A stretch of 64,000 nucleotides of DNA from positions 128,001 to 192,000 of the forward strand of contig JBKBRF010000006.1 in the NCBI GenBank assembly GCA_046292385.1. The letters run 5' to 3'. Below the pieces are notes generated by a model. It was not told the origin of the DNA and did no database searches. It saw only the letters and a list, made by a program, of their open reading frames with translations. Shown here in pieces: positions 59,715 through 64,000 of this stretch; within the stretch, counting starts at the first letter, position 1, and each line of letters opens with the position of its first letter. Source of the stretch: Armatimonadota bacterium. Its GTDB lineage: Bacteria; Armatimonadota; SYMT01. A program made the position numbers and the translations under genes.

Positions 59715-59821
59715 CTCGCCACCGCTTCCCCGCTAAGGAAATCCCGCCGGAGGGCTCGGCCGTCGGTGACCCAGCTGCCCCGCTGATGTCGCCAACAGTA
59801 TCCGAATAGGGGTGTTCCTTT

Positions 59822-60730
59822 ATGCCCGAGATTCCGGACCTGGAAGCTTACCGTCACGCGCTCCGCTCCCGGATGGAGGGGGAGACCTTACTCCGGGTGC
59901 GGCTGGGCAGTCCGTTCCTGCTCCGGTCCGTAGAGCCGCCGGTCTCCGCCTGTGAGGGCCGGGTGGTGCGGGAGGTCCGCCGGCTCGGGAAGAAGCTGGT
60001 GCTGGCGCTGGCGGGCGACTACTTCCTGGTGCTGCACCTGATGATCGCGGGACGGCTGCAGTGGAAGGTCTCCGGGGCGAGGGTGCCGGCGAAGGTGGGG
60101 CTGGCGGCGTTCGACTTCCCCACCGGCACGCTCACCCTCACCGAGGCCGGCACGAAGCGGCGGGCGGCGCTCTACGCCGTGGCGGGGGAGGAAGCGCTGC
60201 GGGAGCACGACCGCGGCGGCCTGGAGGTGCAGTCCGCCACGCTGGAGCAGTTCCTCGCCGTGCTGCACAGCGAGAGTCACACGCTGAAGCGGACGCTGAC
60301 CGACCCCCGCCTCTTCGCCGGCATCGGAAACGCCTACTCCGACGAGATCCTCCACCGCGCCCGTCTCTCTCCGCTGAAGCTGACCGGACGCGTGAGCGAC
60401 GCGGAAGCCGCACGACTCTATCTTGCCGCGCGCGAGGTGCTCGATTCCTGGACCGCCGCCCTGATCGCCGAAGCGGGCGACGGCTTTCCGGGGAAGGTCA
60501 CCGCCTTCCGAGAGGAGATGGCGGTGCACGGCCGCTTCGGCCGGCCGTGCCCGGACTGCGGCTCTCCGGTGCAGCGAATCGTCTATGCGGAGAACGAGTG
60601 CAATTACTGCGCCACCTGCCAGAACGAGGGGCGGATACTTGCCGACCGTGCCTTCTCCCGGCTCTTACGGGAGGACTGGCCGCGGACCTTCGAGGAGTTG
60701 GAGGACCGGCGCGAGCGGCTGCAGCCCTAA
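59822..60730 (+). CDS. Fpg/Nei family DNA glycosylase/AP lyase
   Basis: N-terminal PE, RLGK, HLMIAG, AGIGNAYSDEIL, CPDC...CATCQ zinc finger. Confidence 0.93.
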   Translation: MPEIPDLEAYRHALRSRMEGETLLRVRLGSPFLLRSVEPPVSACEGRVVREVRRLGKKLVLALAGDYFLVLHLMIAGRLQWKVSGARVPAKVGLAAFDFPTGTLTLTEAGTKRRAALYAVAGEEALREHDRGGLEVQSATLEQFLAVLHSESHTLKRTLTDPRLFAGIGNAYSDEILHRARLSPLKLTGRVSDAEAARLYLAAREVLDSWTAALIAEAGDGFPGKVTAFREEMAVHGRFGRPCPDCGSPVQRIVYAENECNYCATCQNEGRILADRAFSRLLREDWPRTFEELEDRRERLQP

Positions 60731-60861
60731 CCCTGCCTGGACTCCAACTTTCGGAGTACTGCCAGCCCATTCGCTCCAACTTTCGGCGGATAGTCCCGCC
60801 CGCGGCGGCTGCCGATACAAAGCTCGGCGTGGATGCCCGGTCCGGACCCTCGAGGTGGAGC

Positions 60862-61362
60862 ATGAGACGAGCGAGAACGCGCAGGGGCATGAGCTTCCTG
60901 GAGATCATGGCGGGGCTCTTCGTTCTGGCGCTGACGATGGTCACGGCGACGGCGCTCTTTCCGCTTAGCTCCCTGCTGCGGGACAAGTCCGGCGGCTACT
61001 CCCGGGCCGCTTCGGTGGTGCAGCACAAGCTGGAGCAGCTCCGCGAGCTGGAAGCGGATCAGCTGACCGCCGCCAACCTGCTGTCGCTCGGGATGATCGA
61101 CGCGGAGAACGATACGGCCGTCCAGACGGTAGTCGATGAGGCGGGCATCTCCAGGCTCTCCTCGCTCCCCCTCACGTTCAACACTGTGGACGAGCTGGCG
61201 GACGAGCTGGAGAATGCCTCCGGCACGGTCCAGCTCACCGACGTCGGCTCCGACCTGGTGCAGGCGGAAGTGGTGCTGACCTGGACCGGGTACCGGGGCA
61301 CCAGCAACCGCATCGAGGCGACGACCTACGTCGCGGACATTTCCGCCTGGAGGGAGCCATGA
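60862..61362 (+). CDS. Type IV minor pilin/pseudopilin (PilV-like)
   Basis: Class III signal RRG|MSFLE plus hydrophobic helix; GAGG RBS. Confidence 0.85.
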   Translation: MRRARTRRGMSFLEIMAGLFVLALTMVTATALFPLSSLLRDKSGGYSRAASVVQHKLEQLRELEADQLTAANLLSLGMIDAENDTAVQTVVDEAGISRLSSLPLTFNTVDELADELENASGTVQLTDVGSDLVQAEVVLTWTGYRGTSNRIEATTYVADISAWREP

Positions 61363-61868
61363 TCCGCTGCCGCTCCCGCCGGGGCATCACCCTGCCCGAA
61401 ACCGTCATTGTGGCGATCGCGTTCGTGCTGCTGCTCGGGGGGATCATCACCCTCGGCTCTACCGCGGCGTCCGAATGGTCGCAGGGCAGCTCCAAGGTGA
61501 TGGCGGACGATAATGCCAGCCTGACCATGCAGCTCCTGCGACAGGACATCCGCCAGGGGATCCGCGCCTCTCTGGGCGCCACTAGCTCGGAGCTGTACGT
61601 GGTTCGTCCCGCGGTGAACGCACAGGGCGACTACAACCGCTACGAGGAAGGCGAGACGGTGCGCTACTACCTGCAGAGCAACAAGGTCTACATGCGGGTA
61701 GGCACCGGCAATCCCCGGGAGCTGGGCAGCGGCATCAGCGCGCTCGAGTTCACGGTCGACGGCCACACCGTGTTCATCGACCTGACCGCGTCCCAGAAGA
61801 ACGCGATCCACCGCAAGGAGACGGAGCTGCGGTCCGAAGTGACGCTCCGCAACGGCATCGACCCGTAA
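61359..61868 (+). CDS. Type IV minor pilin/pseudopilin (PilW-like)
   Basis: RRG|ITLPE; LRQDIRQG; ends VTLRN. Confidence 0.85.
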   Translation: MIRCRSRRGITLPETVIVAIAFVLLLGGIITLGSTAASEWSQGSSKVMADDNASLTMQLLRQDIRQGIRASLGATSSELYVVRPAVNAQGDYNRYEEGETVRYYLQSNKVYMRVGTGNPRELGSGISALEFTVDGHTVFIDLTASQKNAIHRKETELRSEVTLRNGIDP

Positions 61869-61894
61869 CGCTTTCCCCTCGCTGGAGCCCTGAC

Positions 61895-63562
61895 ATGGCA
61901 CGCAGAACCCGGCGCGGCAGCGCCCTAATCCTTGCGCTCTCGGTGCTGATGGTCGTTTTCCTGGCCGGCTCCGCCGTGCTCTCGCTGAGCCTGCAGGCGA
62001 TGCGGCGCGGCCGCCTGGACGCCCTCCGCGTGAGGGCGATGGCGTTCGCGGAAGCGGGTGGGGAGAAGGCACTCGACTACCTCCGCCGCACCGCGCCGGA
62101 CGGCACCACCACCGGCATCTGGCGCACTGCCGGCCATACCGAAGCCGTCGACGCCGGAGGCGACTACACGATCTCGGTGGCGGACGGCACCGGCGACAAC
62201 GCGGGCAAGCTGGTGATCACCTCCACCGGCCGCGCCACCGACGGCACGCTGACCGCGCGCCGCTCGATCCGGGTCACGATCAAGCTGGAGCGGGAGGACG
62301 TCTCCGTTTGGAACAACGCCATCTTCGGCGGCGTGGGGCAGGCCGGGCGGAGCATCAACGGCAACGTGCAGATCCGGGGCAGCGTGCACCTGCTCGGGGA
62401 TGGGGAAGAGTTCACCGATCTCGACGGCGACCAGCGCTGGGATGCCGGCGAGCCTTACCTGGACACCAACCGGAACGGCGCCTGGGACCCGGGCGAGCCC
62501 TATACCGACATCGACGGGGACGGCCGTCGGGATCCCCGAGAGCCGTTCCTCGATGTGAACGGCAACGGCACCCGCGACCCCGCTCTAACGGTGACCGACC
62601 TGAGCAGCGAGTTCTCCGGCGACGCGAAGATCGGCAACAACTACGCCGGCATGCCAAGCTCGCTCCGGAGCCTGATTCCCGCGCTCCCCACCACCAGCTT
62701 CGAAGGGGAGACGGTAGAGACCCTGAACGCCAAGCTGCGCGTGAAACACGGCCGGGTGAACATCTCCGGCTCCGCGACGGCGGGCGATCCGCAGGCGCCC
62801 GGCGGCTCCCCGATGGTGAAGGAGACGCTGAACGGCACCTATGTAAACGACGGCTGGGGCGGCAACAAGGGCGCCAGCCAGGTCTACTCGGACAACGGCA
62901 CCAGTACGAAGTACAACCTGGGGAATATGGTCCGGTTCCCCACGCTGATCGAGCCGGTGACCAAGAACGGCGTCTCGTATGCCAGCTACATGGACTACCT
63001 GCGCGACGCCGGGATGGTGCTGAGCGGCAGCCTGACCATCAAGAAGGGGACCGCCTACGGCCCCATCTCGGACGGTCGCGGCAACAGCCTTTCGGTCGAT
63101 ACCGCCGGCAACATCGACATCCGCGGCATCGTCTACGTGAACGGCGACATCAAGCTCGAGCGGAACGGCGGCGATCAGTCGATGCGCTACACCGGCCGCG
63201 GCACCCTGGTGAGCACCGGCAGCATCTCGATCAGCACGCACCTGGTCCCGGCCACGGCGTTCTTCCCGCAGCAGAACGTCATCGGGATGATTGCGCGGCG
63301 CGACCTGAACCTGGCTACCGGCAGCGGCGACGCGCAACTTTACCTCTCCGGCGCGTTCTACGCGCAGCAGAAGATCACCAGCGTGAAGCAGAACGAGCTG
63401 GTGGGGACCTTCGTCAGCAGCTACTTCGCGATGCAGAACGTGCCCCACATGTACCAGGTGCCCACCCTGCCGGACAACCTGCCGCCGGGGATGCCGGGCT
63501 CCGAGCGGATCTGGGTGAAGACGATCCGCGTCGACGGCTGGCGCGAGGTGGCGAGCTCGTAG
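61895..63562 (+). CDS. PilX-like minor pilin with Ca-binding-type repeats
   Basis: RRG|SALIL lacking E+5, AFAEAG, ITSTGR; four Dx[DN]x[DN]..D..EP repeats. Confidence 0.85.
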   Translation: MARRTRRGSALILALSVLMVVFLAGSAVLSLSLQAMRRGRLDALRVRAMAFAEAGGEKALDYLRRTAPDGTTTGIWRTAGHTEAVDAGGDYTISVADGTGDNAGKLVITSTGRATDGTLTARRSIRVTIKLEREDVSVWNNAIFGGVGQAGRSINGNVQIRGSVHLLGDGEEFTDLDGDQRWDAGEPYLDTNRNGAWDPGEPYTDIDGDGRRDPREPFLDVNGNGTRDPALTVTDLSSEFSGDAKIGNNYAGMPSSLRSLIPALPTTSFEGETVETLNAKLRVKHGRVNISGSATAGDPQAPGGSPMVKETLNGTYVNDGWGGNKGASQVYSDNGTSTKYNLGNMVRFPTLIEPVTKNGVSYASYMDYLRDAGMVLSGSLTIKKGTAYGPISDGRGNSLSVDTAGNIDIRGIVYVNGDIKLERNGGDQSMRYTGRGTLVSTGSISISTHLVPATAFFPQQNVIGMIARRDLNLATGSGDAQLYLSGAFYAQQKITSVKQNELVGTFVSSYFAMQNVPHMYQVPTLPDNLPPGMPGSERIWVKTIRVDGWREVASS

Positions 63563-63592
63563 CCCGCTCCGCCGCTCCTGGAGTGGCTCCGG

Positions 63593-63622
63593 CCGGCCGG
63601 CGAGGGTACCCTCGCCGGCCGG
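63593..63622 (+). terminator. Perfect 30-bp palindrome after the pilin genes
   Basis: ccggccggcgagggtaccctcgccggccgg followed by ttt. Confidence 0.55.
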
Positions 63623-63697
63623 TTTGCGTCTGCGGAGAGAAACCGCGGCAGGGGAGTTGGGCCTCCGGGGGGAACGCAGTCCCGGCGCAGTGCCGCT

Positions 63698-63727
63698 TTG
63701 ACACTCGCGATGCCCGAGTGCTAACAT
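63698..63727 (+). promoter_or_regulatory. CIRCE operator overlapping a sigma70-type promoter
   Basis: TTGACACTC-N9-GAGTGCTAA; TTGACA -35, 18 nt, TAACAT -10 with TG extension. Confidence 0.88.
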
Positions 63728-63808
63728 TCGGGTACCGTCAGGCACGAATTCAGCCGACGAGACGTACAGTGCTTGCCTGGGGTACAGGGCAGATCGACGA
63801 CGCTTCCT

Positions 63809-64000
63809 ATGGAGCTTGATCGCAGAAAAGAGAGCATACTGCGGGCGATCGTCGTGAACTACGTCCAACGGGCGGAGCCCGTCGGCTCGCACTTCCTCGC
63901 CAGCCAGGAACACCTGGGAGTCCGCTCCGCGACGATCCGGAACGAGCTGGCGGAGATGACCGATCTCGGCTACCTGCGCCAGCCCCACACCTCCGCCGGC
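63809..64000 (+). CDS. hrcA: Heat-inducible transcription repressor HrcA (5' partial; missing from the ORF track)
   Basis: Translated by hand: MELDRRKESILRAIVVNYVQRAEPVGS...SATIRNELAEMTDLGYLRQPHTSAG. Confidence 0.97.
   Translation, partial: MELDRRKESILRAIVVNYVQRAEPVGSHFLASQEHLGVRSATIRNELAEMTDLGYLRQPHTSAG

Overview
High-GC bacterial chromosome segment; the gene content would fit Armatimonadota or a similar lineage, but that is inference. Housekeeping content: a CPA2 antiporter with USP domains, larB/larC split by a vapBC pair, a pyrR-pyrB-pyrC-carA-carB operon with a PyrR attenuator, two FKBP genes, a SEDS-PBP fusion, TPR and FHA proteins, a D-apiose/apionate catabolic operon with a RuBisCO-like protein, an Fpg/Nei glycosylase, a minor-pilin trio, and the start of hrcA behind a CIRCE element. 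Main highlights: (1) a lower-GC island of about 7 kb, bounded by IS66 and IS630 remnants, carrying a five-gene operon (TolC, three unknown proteins including a Cys-rich one, and a divergent Lgt-like membrane protein); (2) an unexplained operon of an acidic protein, two ParA/MinD ATPases, an atypical Hsp70 and a GrpE-like protein; (3) a selenoprotein redoxin (UxxC plus SECIS-like hairpin) that the ORF track splits in two; (4) a two-gene HEPN-motif module; (5) a TGT...ACA-ended miniature element inserted into the loop of a REP palindrome with a 4-bp duplication. All family calls come from motif recognition by eye; no searches were run.
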